A stretch of 64,000 bases of DNA, from the IMG/VR virus record IMGVR_UViG_3300028829_004335. The stretch is one strand, 5' to 3'. The DNA comes from a virus. Below the pieces are notes generated by a model. The model made no database searches. It worked only from the letters and a program-made list of their open reading frames with translations, and was not told the DNA's origin. Both the position numbers and the translations under genes were made by a program. Position 1 is the stretch's first letter; each line of letters opens with the position of its first letter. Below are positions 49,004-58,671 of this stretch, piece by piece.

Positions 49004-49678
49004 ATGAAACTAATCAAAGAACTAACAGAAGAAGTAGAATATATCACAGAAGCAGATGAAGCTTCTGGTAAAAAGAATAATTACATTCGTGGTGTATTCT
49101 TAGTCGGCGAACAAAAAAATAAAAACGGCAGAATATATCCTATCTCTACTCTTGAAAAAGAAGCAGAAAGATATTGTAAAGAGATAGTAGAACAAAAAAG
49201 AGCATATGGTGAGCTTGGACACCCAAAAGGTCCACAAATTAATCTTGATAGAGTTTCACATATTATCACTGAGTTAAAAAGAGATGGTAACAACTATATT
49301 GGTAAAGCAAGACTAACAGAAACACCAATGGGTGAAATTGCTAAAGGTCTTTTAAATTCAGGTGCAAGTCTTGGTGTGTCTTGTAGAGGTATGGGTAGGG
49401 TTGAACCCTGTAAAAAAACAGGTGTTATGGTTGTACAAGATGATTACAAAATTGCTACAGCTGCTGATATTGTCGCTGATCCTTCTGCTCCAGGAGCATT
49501 TGTTCAAGGTATTATGGAAAATGTAGAATGGATCTATGATCCAGTTAGTGACAGTTGGCTAGAAGAAAAATTGAATAATACTAAAAAATCAATTGGAAAA
49601 ATGTCAATGTCACAAATTGAAGAGAGTAAACTATCAATCTTTGAAGATTATATTTCCTCTTTATCATTAAAAAGATAA
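49004..49678 (+). CDS. gp21: Prohead protease
   Basis: MKLIKE...KNKNGRIYP...GELGHP...INLDRVSH...LGVSCRGMG...ADIVADPSAPGAFVQGIME. Confidence 0.96.
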   Translation: MKLIKELTEEVEYITEADEASGKKNNYIRGVFLVGEQKNKNGRIYPISTLEKEAERYCKEIVEQKRAYGELGHPKGPQINLDRVSHIITELKRDGNNYIGKARLTETPMGEIAKGLLNSGASLGVSCRGMGRVEPCKKTGVMVVQDDYKIATAADIVADPSAPGAFVQGIMENVEWIYDPVSDSWLEEKLNNTKKSIGKMSMSQIEESKLSIFEDYISSLSLKR

Positions 49679-49682
49679 ATTT

Positions 49683-49690
49683 TATAAATA
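49683..49690 (+). promoter_or_regulatory. Late promoter for gp22
   Basis: Exact TATAAATA, intergenic. Confidence 0.8.
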
Positions 49691-49718
49691 GATATAAATG
49701 CTCAAAGGAGAAACAAAT

Positions 49719-50753
49719 ATGTCTCAAGAAGAAATCTTAGATGAAAAGTATGAAATGGATTCCCCAGATTCTGGTAACGAAACTATTGCTGCTAAATCTA
49801 TTAAAGCAAAAGGTCAAGTTACAGACACTCAAATGGCAGATTCCAAATCATCAATGATGAATGGTATGATGTCAGCAATGGCATCTATGCCAAAAGAACA
49901 AGTTGCAAATATGTTTGATCAGGTTATGGCTCAGTTTGGTCACTGGGCAGATAACATTCCTGATGATGCAGCTGCTAAAAATGCATCTACTATTGCAGCT
50001 AAACCATCTGCAGCATCTGGTTCTATGAAAGAAGATGTTGCCGAAATGTTTGCTGGTGAAGAATTATCAGAAGAATTTAAAGAAAAAGCTACTGTTCTTT
50101 TTGAAGCTGCTGTAAACGCTAAAGTTACAACTGTAACTCAAGAGCTAGAAGAGCAGTTTGAAGAAGCACTAAACGAAGAATTGTCATACTTCACTGAAGA
50201 AGTCACTGATAAGTTAGATAACTACTTAAACTATGTTGTAGAAAATTGGATGGCAGAAAATGAAGTTGCCATTGAATCTACATTGAAGAATGAAGTAAAT
50301 GAAGAATTTATTCAAGGTCTAAAAGGACTATTTGAACAAAATTATATTGAAATGCCAGAGGACAAAGTTGACATTGTAGAAGAACTAGCTGAAAAAGTTG
50401 AACACCTCGAAAACAGACTCAATGATTCTATTAATGAAAACTCAGAATTGAAGAATGTTCTTTCTGAATCTGTAAAAAAACAGGTAATTGATGATGTTTC
50501 ATCAGATTTAACTTTAATGCAACAAGATAAATTTTTATCATTCGCTGAGGGAATTGAATTTGATGGTGATGTTGATGAGTATGGTAAAAAATTAGAAATC
50601 ATTAAAGAAAATTATTTCGGTACTCAGAAACAACAAGTTTCTTCTAATCTTGAAGAAGAAGTTTTTGAAGAAGAAACAGAGTTAAATGAATCTTATGTTC
50701 ATCCATCAATGCAGAAATATGTTAATGCATTACAAAGAACAGTCAAAAATTAA
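49719..50753 (+). CDS. gp22: Prohead core scaffold protein (start moved to Met8)
   Basis: AAGGAG 8 nt before ATG 49719; ELSEEFKEKATVLFEAAV...VDIVEELAEKV...KLEIIKENYF. Confidence 0.92.
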   Translation: MSQEEILDEKYEMDSPDSGNETIAAKSIKAKGQVTDTQMADSKSSMMNGMMSAMASMPKEQVANMFDQVMAQFGHWADNIPDDAAAKNASTIAAKPSAASGSMKEDVAEMFAGEELSEEFKEKATVLFEAAVNAKVTTVTQELEEQFEEALNEELSYFTEEVTDKLDNYLNYVVENWMAENEVAIESTLKNEVNEEFIQGLKGLFEQNYIEMPEDKVDIVEELAEKVEHLENRLNDSINENSELKNVLSESVKKQVIDDVSSDLTLMQQDKFLSFAEGIEFDGDVDEYGKKLEIIKENYFGTQKQQVSSNLEEEVFEEETELNESYVHPSMQKYVNALQRTVKN

Positions 50754-50758
50754 TATAT

Positions 50759-50766
50759 TATAAATA
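50759..50766 (+). promoter_or_regulatory. Late promoter for gp23
   Basis: Exact TATAAATA, intergenic. Confidence 0.82.
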
Positions 50767-50798
50767 GTCTAAAATACATCTTATAGAAAGGAATAACA

Positions 50799-52163
50799 AT
50801 GTATTTATCCGAGGATATTCAAAATAAGTGGGCTCCAGTCCTAGACTGCGACTCAGTTGGTGCGATTAAAGATACTCATCGTCGTTCTGTTACTGCTCTA
50901 GTTCTAGAAAATACTGAAAAAGCACTAAGAGAAGATGCAGCACACGGTAGTTATCAAACTCTAACAGAAGCTAACCCAGCTGCTACAAACATTATGGGTG
51001 CTTCTTCTTCAACAGCAGCAGACGGTGCTGTTGATATCTTTGATCCAGTTCTTATTTCACTTGTTCGTCGTTCAATGCCAAACCTAGTTGCATACGACAT
51101 TTGTGGTGTCCAGCCAATGACTGGTCCAACTGGTCTTATTTTTGCAATGCGTTCACGCTATGCTAACCAAGCTGGTGATGAAACCTTCTTCAACGAAGTT
51201 AATACTGCATTTTCTTCTGTTGTTTCTGGTGCTAATACTTTTGGCCAGCAGCATGTAGAAAACTCAGGTATTCCTGGTGCTTCTAACACTTCTCCGCTAA
51301 CTGCTGTTAATACATACAACACTGGTTCTGGTATGTCAACAGCACAAGCTGAAACTCTTGGTACTGATGGTAATACAGCATTCCCAGAAATGGCTTTCTC
51401 TATTGAGAAGTTAACTGTTACTGCTAAAACCCGTGCTTTAAAAGCAGAATACACTATGGAACTAGCACAAGACCTAAAGGCAATCCACGGTCTTGATGCT
51501 GAAACTGAACTCAGCAACATTCTTTCTTCTGAAATTCTTGCTGAAATCAACCGTGAAGTTATTCGTACAATCAACATCACTGCTGAAACTGGTGCTGACC
51601 TAAACACTACTACTTCTGGTGTTTTTGATCTAGACACAGATTCAAACGGTCGTTGGTCAGTTGAAAAATTCAAGGGTCTTATGTTCCAACTCGAAAGAGA
51701 AGCGAACAGAATCGCAAGAGAGACTCGTAGAGGGAAAGGCAACATGGTGCTTTGTTCATCAGATGTTGCTTCAGCTCTACAAATGGCCGGTGTTCTTGAC
51801 TATGCACCAGCACTAAATTCAAATAACCTAGAAGTTGATGACACAGGCAACACTTTTGCTGGTGTTCTTAATGGTCGTCTAAAAGTTTACATCGATCCGT
51901 ATGCTGTCGGTGGTAACTATATGACTGTTGGTTATAAGGGTTCATCAGCATTTGATGCTGGTCTGTTCTACTGTCCATATGTTCCTCTACAGATGGTCAG
52001 AGCAGTTGATCCTCTCTCCTTCCAGCCAAAGGTAGGGTTCAAAACTCGTTACGGTATGATTGCAAACCCATTCGCAAAAGGTCTAACACCATTTACTGAT
52101 GATGGTCTTGCAATTAACTCTAACAAGTACTACAGAAAAGTTATTGTTAATAACCTAATGTAA
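50799..52163 (+). CDS. gp23: Major capsid protein
   Basis: KWAPVL...DPVLISLVRRSMPNL...GVQPMTGPTGLIFAMR...RALKAEYTMELAQDLKAIHGLDAE...FYCPYVPLQM...FKTRYG. Confidence 0.98.
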   Translation: MYLSEDIQNKWAPVLDCDSVGAIKDTHRRSVTALVLENTEKALREDAAHGSYQTLTEANPAATNIMGASSSTAADGAVDIFDPVLISLVRRSMPNLVAYDICGVQPMTGPTGLIFAMRSRYANQAGDETFFNEVNTAFSSVVSGANTFGQQHVENSGIPGASNTSPLTAVNTYNTGSGMSTAQAETLGTDGNTAFPEMAFSIEKLTVTAKTRALKAEYTMELAQDLKAIHGLDAETELSNILSSEILAEINREVIRTINITAETGADLNTTTSGVFDLDTDSNGRWSVEKFKGLMFQLEREANRIARETRRGKGNMVLCSSDVASALQMAGVLDYAPALNSNNLEVDDTGNTFAGVLNGRLKVYIDPYAVGGNYMTVGYKGSSAFDAGLFYCPYVPLQMVRAVDPLSFQPKVGFKTRYGMIANPFAKGLTPFTDDGLAINSNKYYRKVIVNNLM

Positions 52164-52171
52164 TACTGCTT

Positions 52172-52200
52172 GGGGAAGAGAAATCTTCCCCTGTTTTATT
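52172..52200 (+). terminator. Intrinsic terminator-like hairpin after gp23
   Basis: GGGGAAGA-GAAA-TCTTCCCC followed by TGTTTTATT. Confidence 0.75.
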
Positions 52201-52238
52201 CCCAATAAAAAAAATAATAAATAACACGGGAATACACT

Positions 52239-52264
52239 AAGGGAGTTTTATACTCCCTTTTTTT
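52239..52264 (+). terminator. Second intrinsic terminator after gp23
   Basis: AAGGGAGT-TTTAT-ACTCCCTT followed by a T run. Confidence 0.8.
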
Positions 52265-52268
52265 ATAT

Positions 52269-52276
52269 CATAAATA
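52269..52276 (+). promoter_or_regulatory. Late promoter variant CATAAATA for gp3
   Basis: Directly after the terminator, 18 nt before the gp3 ATG. Confidence 0.55.
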
Positions 52277-52294
52277 TACCATAAGGAGAATGGT

Positions 52295-52816
52295 ATGTCA
52301 GCAGTAGATAATACACCAGAAAATAAAAACTTTTTATCCCCTCTTAATTTTAGATTTCAAATTAAGAAGGCACCCCATGTTAATTTCTTTGTTCAATCTG
52401 TAAATATACCCGCCATTTCTCTTCCACAAGTAGACACTCCCAATCCATTTGTAAGAATTCCACAAACTGGTGATCATATATCATTTGAACCTTTACAAAT
52501 AAGTTTTAAGGTCGATGAAGACTTACAAAATTACCTAGAGATACACAATTGGATATTGGGTTTAGGTTTTCCAGAATCATACGACCAATATAAAGAATTA
52601 TCAGATGTCCCTAGAATAACAGGCGAAGGTCTGTTGTCTGACATTACTGTATTAGTTTTATCCAGTACAAAAATAGCAAACTATGAAGTAACTTTTGTAG
52701 ATGCACATCCCGTAGCTTTAACAGAATTAAAATTTAATTCAACAGACAGTTCTGTAAACTATATAAGTAGTAGTGCAACTTTCAAATATACTCATTATAA
52801 AATTCAAAATATATAA
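52295..52816 (+). CDS. gp3: Tail tube terminator/tail completion protein
   Basis: NFLSPLNFRFQI...VNFFVQSVNIP...FKVDEDLQNYLEIHNW...ATFKYTHY. Confidence 0.9.
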   Translation: MSAVDNTPENKNFLSPLNFRFQIKKAPHVNFFVQSVNIPAISLPQVDTPNPFVRIPQTGDHISFEPLQISFKVDEDLQNYLEIHNWILGLGFPESYDQYKELSDVPRITGEGLLSDITVLVLSSTKIANYEVTFVDAHPVALTELKFNSTDSSVNYISSSATFKYTHYKIQNI

Positions 52817-52824
52817 GGATTGTT

Positions 52825-53259
52825 ATGAACATTGATGAGATTATGTCTGAGTGGAAAACTGACTCAGAAATAGATGTGACTGAGCTTGCCGATGAGTCTA
52901 TAAAGATAGCAAAATTACATCAAAAATACTATGAATATTTGATAAAGGAAAAGTTATTATTTAAAAAAAATGAATCAGATCTTAAACTATTAAGGTTAGA
53001 AAAATACGAATTTTATACACAAGGACACAATGAAGAGACATTGAAAAAAGGATGGGAGCTTCCATCCAAAGGTATGGTTATAAAATCTGAAATACCTATG
53101 TATCTTGAAGGCGATAAAGATATTATCAATCTAAATCTAAAGATAAGTTATCAACAAGAGAAAATAGACCTTCTACAATCCATTATAAAATCTCTGAACA
53201 ACAGAGGATACAATATCAAATCTGCTATTGATTGGATCAAATTTACATCAGGTGTATAA
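52825..53259 (+). CDS. uvsY: Recombination mediator
   Basis: EWKTDSEID...KLHQKY...YEFYT...YLEGDKD...RGYNIKSAIDWIKFTSG. Confidence 0.92.
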   Translation: MNIDEIMSEWKTDSEIDVTELADESIKIAKLHQKYYEYLIKEKLLFKKNESDLKLLRLEKYEFYTQGHNEETLKKGWELPSKGMVIKSEIPMYLEGDKDIINLNLKISYQQEKIDLLQSIIKSLNNRGYNIKSAIDWIKFTSGV

Positions 53260-54707
53260 TGGAAATTATAAAATTAGAAAAAGTGAACGAGGTTTACAAT
53301 AAAGTTATATGTGAACCTGGTGTAGGGTATGAAATAAAAGATTACTTTACTTTTAAAGTTCCAAACTATCAATTTATGCCTGCTTATAAAAATAAACTTT
53401 GGGATGGAAATATTTATCTTTTTAATCCAATGAACTGTTTATTATATGGTGGATTAACAGAACAATTAGAAATATTTTGCAAAAGTAGAGATTATAAATT
53501 AGAATTATTATCTGATTTTAGTTCTGATAATATGTCTGTAAAAGAGACTCTTGATTTTGTTAAAAGTTTAAATTTACCATTTCAACCAAGAGAATATCAA
53601 TTAGAGGCGTTTGTAAGATGTGTGAGATCTAGAAGAAAAATGTTATTATCTCCGACAGGAAGTGGAAAAAGTTTGATTATTTATTTACTCTCAAGATTTT
53701 ATAACTTGAGAACATTAATAATTGTCCCTACTACTTCTCTTATTCATCAAATGGCATCAGATTTTCTTAGTTATGGTTACAGCGATCCAGACAATATTCA
53801 CAAAATCTACCAAGGTCAAGATAAAAATATAAAATCACAGTTTGTGATTTCAACTTGGCAATCGATCTTCAAACAATCAAAAGACTGGTTCAACCAATTC
53901 GATGTCGTAATTGGTGACGAAGCACATTTGTTTAAAGCCAAATCTCTTACTTCTATAATGACAAAGTTAGAAACCTGTAAGTATAGATTTGGATTCACCG
54001 GAACCCTTGACGGATCTGAAACACATCAACTTGTGCTAGAAGGATTGTTTGGACCTGTAAAGAAAATAATCACAACATCAGAGCTTATAGAACAAAAACA
54101 CTTATCAAATTTTATGATTAAATGTATCTCTTTACAATATCCTGACGATATTAAAAAAGAATGTTCTAAGTATTCGTTTCAACAAGAAATGGATTTTCTT
54201 GTATCCAATCAAGAAAGAAACAAGTTTATTACTAATTTATCTTTATCATTAAAAGGTAATACTTTATTATTATTTCAGTATGTTGACAAACATGGAAAAG
54301 TGTTGTATGATATGATTTCTAATGAACATAGTGATAAAGATATTTATTTTGTTCATGGGGGTATTGATGGGAATGAAAGAGAAAAGATTCGTAATATAGT
54401 TGAAAAGAATAATAACTCTATTATCATTGCTTCTTATGGAACCTTTTCTACTGGAATTAATATTAAGAATTTACATAATATTATATTTTCTAGTCCATCT
54501 AAGTCTAAAGTAAGAAATCTACAATCTATTGGTAGAGGACTAAGGTTATCTGATAACAAAGAACAAGCTGTTCTATATGATATATCTGATGATCTATCTT
54601 GGAAACAGCGTAAGAACTTTACTTTGTTACATTATATTGAAAGAGTTAAGATATACAATGAAGAACAATTTGAATACAAAACATATAAAATCAATATTAA
54701 TACTTAG
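53259..54707 (+). CDS. uvsW: SF2 DNA helicase (start moved to Met10, TAATG overlap)
   Basis: PREYQ, SPTGSGKS, IIVPTTSL, GDEAH, GFTGT, QSIGRGLR. Confidence 0.96.
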   Translation: MEIIKLEKVNEVYNKVICEPGVGYEIKDYFTFKVPNYQFMPAYKNKLWDGNIYLFNPMNCLLYGGLTEQLEIFCKSRDYKLELLSDFSSDNMSVKETLDFVKSLNLPFQPREYQLEAFVRCVRSRRKMLLSPTGSGKSLIIYLLSRFYNLRTLIIVPTTSLIHQMASDFLSYGYSDPDNIHKIYQGQDKNIKSQFVISTWQSIFKQSKDWFNQFDVVIGDEAHLFKAKSLTSIMTKLETCKYRFGFTGTLDGSETHQLVLEGLFGPVKKIITTSELIEQKHLSNFMIKCISLQYPDDIKKECSKYSFQQEMDFLVSNQERNKFITNLSLSLKGNTLLLFQYVDKHGKVLYDMISNEHSDKDIYFVHGGIDGNEREKIRNIVEKNNNSIIIASYGTFSTGINIKNLHNIIFSSPSKSKVRNLQSIGRGLRLSDNKEQAVLYDISDDLSWKQRKNFTLLHYIERVKIYNEEQFEYKTYKININT

Positions 54708-54727
54708 ACTTTCAAAGACACAGTCTT

Positions 54728-54755
54728 ATTATACACACGGTTTAAATCTTGTCAA
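54728..54755 (-). promoter_or_regulatory. Consensus sigma70 promoter pointing antisense into uvsW
   Basis: Minus strand TTGACA (54755-54750), 16-nt spacer, TATAAT (54733-54728), in the uvsW-gp55 gap. Confidence 0.55.
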
Positions 54756-54767
54756 GGGAAAAATGCA

Positions 54768-55304
54768 ATGAGAAAGAAAAATTATATAAACAATAAAGAA
54801 CTGTATTCGGAAATGGTTAAATATCATTCTGCATATAAAACTAACAAAGAAGTAGAAATATCTAACTACATAGGTAAAGCAATACTTCTTATATGTAACA
54901 ATCTTTCAAGAAAACCTAATTTTTGTGGATATACATATAAAGAGGATATGATTTCTGATGCAGTGTGTGACTGTGTTGCATCTGTAAAATCATTTAATGT
55001 TGAAAAATCAAATAATCCATTTGCATATTTTACACAAACTGCTTGGAATGCTTTTTTAAGAAGAATTGAAAAGGAAAGTAAACAAACAGTATTGAAACAT
55101 AAAAACTTAGTAAATATGTATGTAATGCCAGAAACAGTTGTTGAAAATGATAAATCAAGTGTAAAATCAAATGAATTTTCTGATGAAATAATAAAAAATT
55201 ATGAAGATAGATTGACAGAGAGAAAAAACCGTGCTAAATTAAATAGCCTAAGTAAGAAAGGTGTGTTAGATGAAAAGAGATCACTTAGTGCCCGTGGCAG
55301 TTAA
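54768..55304 (+). CDS. gp55: Late-transcription sigma factor
   Basis: NYINNKEL...PNFCGYTYKEDMISDA...FNVEKSNNPFAYFTQTAWNAFLRRIEKE. Confidence 0.95.
   Translation: MRKKNYINNKELYSEMVKYHSAYKTNKEVEISNYIGKAILLICNNLSRKPNFCGYTYKEDMISDAVCDCVASVKSFNVEKSNNPFAYFTQTAWNAFLRRIEKESKQTVLKHKNLVNMYVMPETVVENDKSSVKSNEFSDEIIKNYEDRLTERKNRAKLNSLSKKGVLDEKRSLSARGS
55212..55240 (+). promoter_or_regulatory. Possible sigma70 promoter in the 3' end of gp55
   Basis: TTGACA, 17 nt, TAAATT with TG at the extended -10 position; upstream of the 55270 ORF and gp47. Confidence 0.45.
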
Positions 55305-55428
55305 AGATATTGGAGATAAAGTAGTTTCAAAGATTGTAAAACAAAGCGATAGACTCTATCACATCCAAAGACTAGAAGAAATTAGAGATTATTGTAATAC
55401 CGTTATTAAAAAATTTGAGAGAAAATGA
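55270..55428 (+). CDS. 52-aa protein between gp55 and gp47 (missed by the ORF track)
   Basis: MKRDHLVPVAVKDIGDKVVSKIVKQSDRLYHIQRLEEIRDYCNTVIKKFERK; AAGGTG Shine-Dalgarno; ATGA overlap with gp47. Confidence 0.7.
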   Translation: MKRDHLVPVAVKDIGDKVVSKIVKQSDRLYHIQRLEEIRDYCNTVIKKFERK

Positions 55429-56471
55429 AAGTAGCAATAATATCAGATACACATTGGGGAGTTAGAAATGACTCTCCAATTTTCTATGAATATAATAAAC
55501 TGTTTTTAGACAATCAGTTTTTTCCATATTTAGAAGACAATAATATCAACCAAGTTATTCATCTTGGTGATTTGGTTGATAGAAGAAAGTATATCAATTT
55601 CTATACTCTTAAAAGATTAAGAGAAGATTTTCTTGATAAAATGTGTGATAAAAACATCACTATGGATTTGATTTGTGGGAATCACGATACTTATTTTAAA
55701 AATACAAATGATGTAAATGCTTTAGATTTGCTTTTAAAAGATTATGATAATGTGAAAAGTTATATTGATCCACAAGAAGTTTCTGTAGATGGATGTAATA
55801 TATTATTTTTACCTTGGGTGTGTAAAGATAATGAAAAGAAAACATTTGAAATTATAGAAAAAACAAAATGTCAAATTGCTATGGGACATTTAGAAATATC
55901 AGGATTTCCTATGTTTGTTGGTTCTCCTATGTCTCACGGATTTGATAGAAAACTTTTTTCTAAATTTGATATGGTATTTTCTGGGCACTTTCATCATAGA
56001 ACTTCTGATGGTAATATATTTTATCTTGGTAGTCATTCTGAATTTATGTGGTCTGATTGTAATGACCCACGAGGATTTCATATATTTGACCTAAAAACCA
56101 GAGACCTAACCTTTATACCTAATGAATATACCATTCACCATAAATTTGAATATGATGAAAACAATATTGACTTAAAAAACTTAGAAGAAAAAGATTTTAA
56201 GAACAAGATAGTTAAAATTATTGTAAAAAACAAAACAGACAACTTTGCTTTTGATTCGTTTATTGAACTTCTTGAAAACTATTCTCCTTACAAATATCAA
56301 ATTATAGATGAAGTCATTGAGATAAATGAAGAAGATTTAGTGTTAGAAGCAGAATCTACACTTGATATATTTAAAAAATATATACATAGTTCTAATACTG
56401 GTTCTATTGTGAAAGATGATCTTGAAAGAGTTATAGTAGATCTATATAATGAGGCAATCGATAAAGAATGA
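55425..56471 (+). CDS. gp47: Recombination endonuclease subunit (Mre11/SbcD-like)
   Basis: ISDTHWG, HLGDLVD, GNHD, GHLE, SGHFH. Confidence 0.96.
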   Translation: MKVAIISDTHWGVRNDSPIFYEYNKLFLDNQFFPYLEDNNINQVIHLGDLVDRRKYINFYTLKRLREDFLDKMCDKNITMDLICGNHDTYFKNTNDVNALDLLLKDYDNVKSYIDPQEVSVDGCNILFLPWVCKDNEKKTFEIIEKTKCQIAMGHLEISGFPMFVGSPMSHGFDRKLFSKFDMVFSGHFHHRTSDGNIFYLGSHSEFMWSDCNDPRGFHIFDLKTRDLTFIPNEYTIHHKFEYDENNIDLKNLEEKDFKNKIVKIIVKNKTDNFAFDSFIELLENYSPYKYQIIDEVIEINEEDLVLEAESTLDIFKKYIHSSNTGSIVKDDLERVIVDLYNEAIDKE

Positions 56472-58177
56472 TTATTTTTGAAAATATAAAATGGAAGAAT
56501 TTTCTTTCCACTGGTAATGTTTATACTAAAATTAATCTATCAAAAAATAAAAATACACTTATAATAGGTGAGAATGGTGCAGGAAAATCTACCATTCTCG
56601 ATGCACTTACTTTTGCTCTTTATAACAAACCATTCAGAAAAATTAATAAAGGACAGCTTGTTAATTCTATTAACAATAAAGGTGCTGTTGTTGAACTTGA
56701 ATTTTCTCTATACAAAAACAAATATAGGATTGTAAGAGGAATTAAACCAAATATTTTTGAGGTCTATAAGAATAATGATTTAATAAATCAAAATGCAGAC
56801 TCTAAAGACTATCAAGAATATTTAGAAAAGCATATTCTAAAAATAGGTTATAAATCTTTTTGTCAAGTTGTTGTTCTTGGGTCAGCAACATTTCTTCCGT
56901 TTATGCAATTGCCTGCTGCACAGAGAAGAGAGATTGTTGAAACACTTTTAGATTTACAAATTTTCACAACTATGAACAGCGTTCTAAAAGATAAAGTTCA
57001 GAAAAATAAAGAGGATTTTATTAGAGCAGAAGAACAAAAAAGAAATATAGAAGAAAAGATTATTATAATCAAAAAGTATATTGAAAAAAGAGAACAGGAA
57101 AGCAAAGAAAGTGTAGAAACAAAAGGAAAAGAAATTGAAAAGATTGATGAAATTATCATTTCTAAAAAAGAGGAACTGAAAAAAGTTGAGAAGGAATATC
57201 ACGAATTATCTCAAGATGTTTCAGATGATAAAAAGATTACAAATGAGAATACAAATCTATTACTGCTAAGAGAAAAAATAAATTCTAAAATAGATATGGT
57301 CTCTGAAGAAATAAAATTCTTGGAAACAAATGATGATTGTCCAACCTGTAAACAGAGAATAGAAGAAAGTTTTAAATTAGAATCTATTGATGATAAGAAT
57401 GATAAACTTAAAGAATATAAAGACGGTTTATTTCTTCTAAAAGAAAAAATATTCAACAATGAAAAGGAAATGCAAAGTTTAAATGAAAGTAAAGAAAAGT
57501 TATCAAAAGTAAAAGACCAATTTAGAGATATTAGTTTTGATTTATCTTCAACAGAGAGAATGAAAAAATCTATTGAAGCAGAAATAAAAAGCATAAAGAA
57601 AAAAGAATCTACTATTAGTAATGAAGAAATAAAAGATAGTGAAGAAGAATTGATAAAAATTAATGATATATATAATGAGTTGATAAAAAATAAAGATTTG
57701 TATTCTGCATCATCTGTGTTATTGAAAGATAATGGAATCAAGTCTAGGATTATTAAAAAATATATTCCTATAATCAACAAACTTATTAATAAGTATCTTT
57801 CTGATTTAAATTTCTTTGTTAAGTTTGAATTAGATGAAGAATTTAATGAGGTGATTAAAAGTAGACATAGAGACGAGTTTTCATATTCATCTTTCTCAGA
57901 AGGTGAAAGGATGAAAATAAATCTATCAATACTTTTTACTTGGAGAATGATTTCTCAATTAAGAAATTCTATCAATACAAATCTATTGATTATGGATGAA
58001 GTTTTTGATAGTTCTCTTGATAGTGAAGCAACTGAAGATTTTATGAAACTATTGAATGAATTTGGAGACAAAACAAATGTGTTTATCATTTCACACAAAA
58101 CAGAACAGTTAAATGAAAAATTTGACAACATTATTCGATTTAAAAAACAGAAAAACTTTAGTAAGATAGTACAATGA
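56468..58177 (+). CDS. gp46: Recombination ATPase subunit (Rad50/SbcC-like)
   Basis: GENGAGKS, CPTC hook, FSEGE signature, IMDEVFD, ISH. Confidence 0.96.
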   Translation: MIIFENIKWKNFLSTGNVYTKINLSKNKNTLIIGENGAGKSTILDALTFALYNKPFRKINKGQLVNSINNKGAVVELEFSLYKNKYRIVRGIKPNIFEVYKNNDLINQNADSKDYQEYLEKHILKIGYKSFCQVVVLGSATFLPFMQLPAAQRREIVETLLDLQIFTTMNSVLKDKVQKNKEDFIRAEEQKRNIEEKIIIIKKYIEKREQESKESVETKGKEIEKIDEIIISKKEELKKVEKEYHELSQDVSDDKKITNENTNLLLLREKINSKIDMVSEEIKFLETNDDCPTCKQRIEESFKLESIDDKNDKLKEYKDGLFLLKEKIFNNEKEMQSLNESKEKLSKVKDQFRDISFDLSSTERMKKSIEAEIKSIKKKESTISNEEIKDSEEELIKINDIYNELIKNKDLYSASSVLLKDNGIKSRIIKKYIPIINKLINKYLSDLNFFVKFELDEEFNEVIKSRHRDEFSYSSFSEGERMKINLSILFTWRMISQLRNSINTNLLIMDEVFDSSLDSEATEDFMKLLNEFGDKTNVFIISHKTEQLNEKFDNIIRFKKQKNFSKIVQ

Positions 58178-58671
58178 TATTAGATATTGTAGACAAAACA
58201 AATCCTATACTTAAAGAAAAGATGGATAGATTTGATTTTTCTGAACCACAAACAGATCCAATAGAATTAGCACATAATTTAACTCAGACTATGATTCATA
58301 ATAATGGATTAAGTCTTTCGGCAAATCATGTTGGTTTGCCTTACAGAGCATTTGTTATTATGTCTAATCCAGTTATCTGTTGTTTTAATCCAAGAATTGT
58401 AGATGAAACAAATGAAACAGTTTATCTAGAAGAAACAAGCTTGACTTATCCTGGATTATCAGTTAAGATAAAGAGACCGTCTAATGTTAAAGTTAGGTAT
58501 GAGCAACCTAATGGTGATATAGCAACAAACAAATATATTGGTATGACTTCAAGATTGATACAGCAAGAGTTAGACCATTTGAATGGAATTCTATTTTATA
58601 CAAAAGCATCTGCTTATCATTTAGAACAGGCGAAGAAAAAAAGGAAAAAACTTTATGGAAATAAAAATTGA
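58174..58671 (+). CDS. def: Peptide deformylase homolog with substituted metal ligands
   Basis: PDF layout with NGLSLSANHVG, EETSLT and QELDHLNG in place of G.GLAA.Q, EGCLS and HE.DH. Confidence 0.8.
   Translation: MILDIVDKTNPILKEKMDRFDFSEPQTDPIELAHNLTQTMIHNNGLSLSANHVGLPYRAFVIMSNPVICCFNPRIVDETNETVYLEETSLTYPGLSVKIKRPSNVKVRYEQPNGDIATNKYIGMTSRLIQQELDHLNGILFYTKASAYHLEQAKKKRKKLYGNKN

Noticed and set aside
41208-52163. Introns or inteins in gp17, gp18, gp20 or gp23
   Set aside because: Reading frames are continuous with no intein motifs; extra length is explained by structural insertions.
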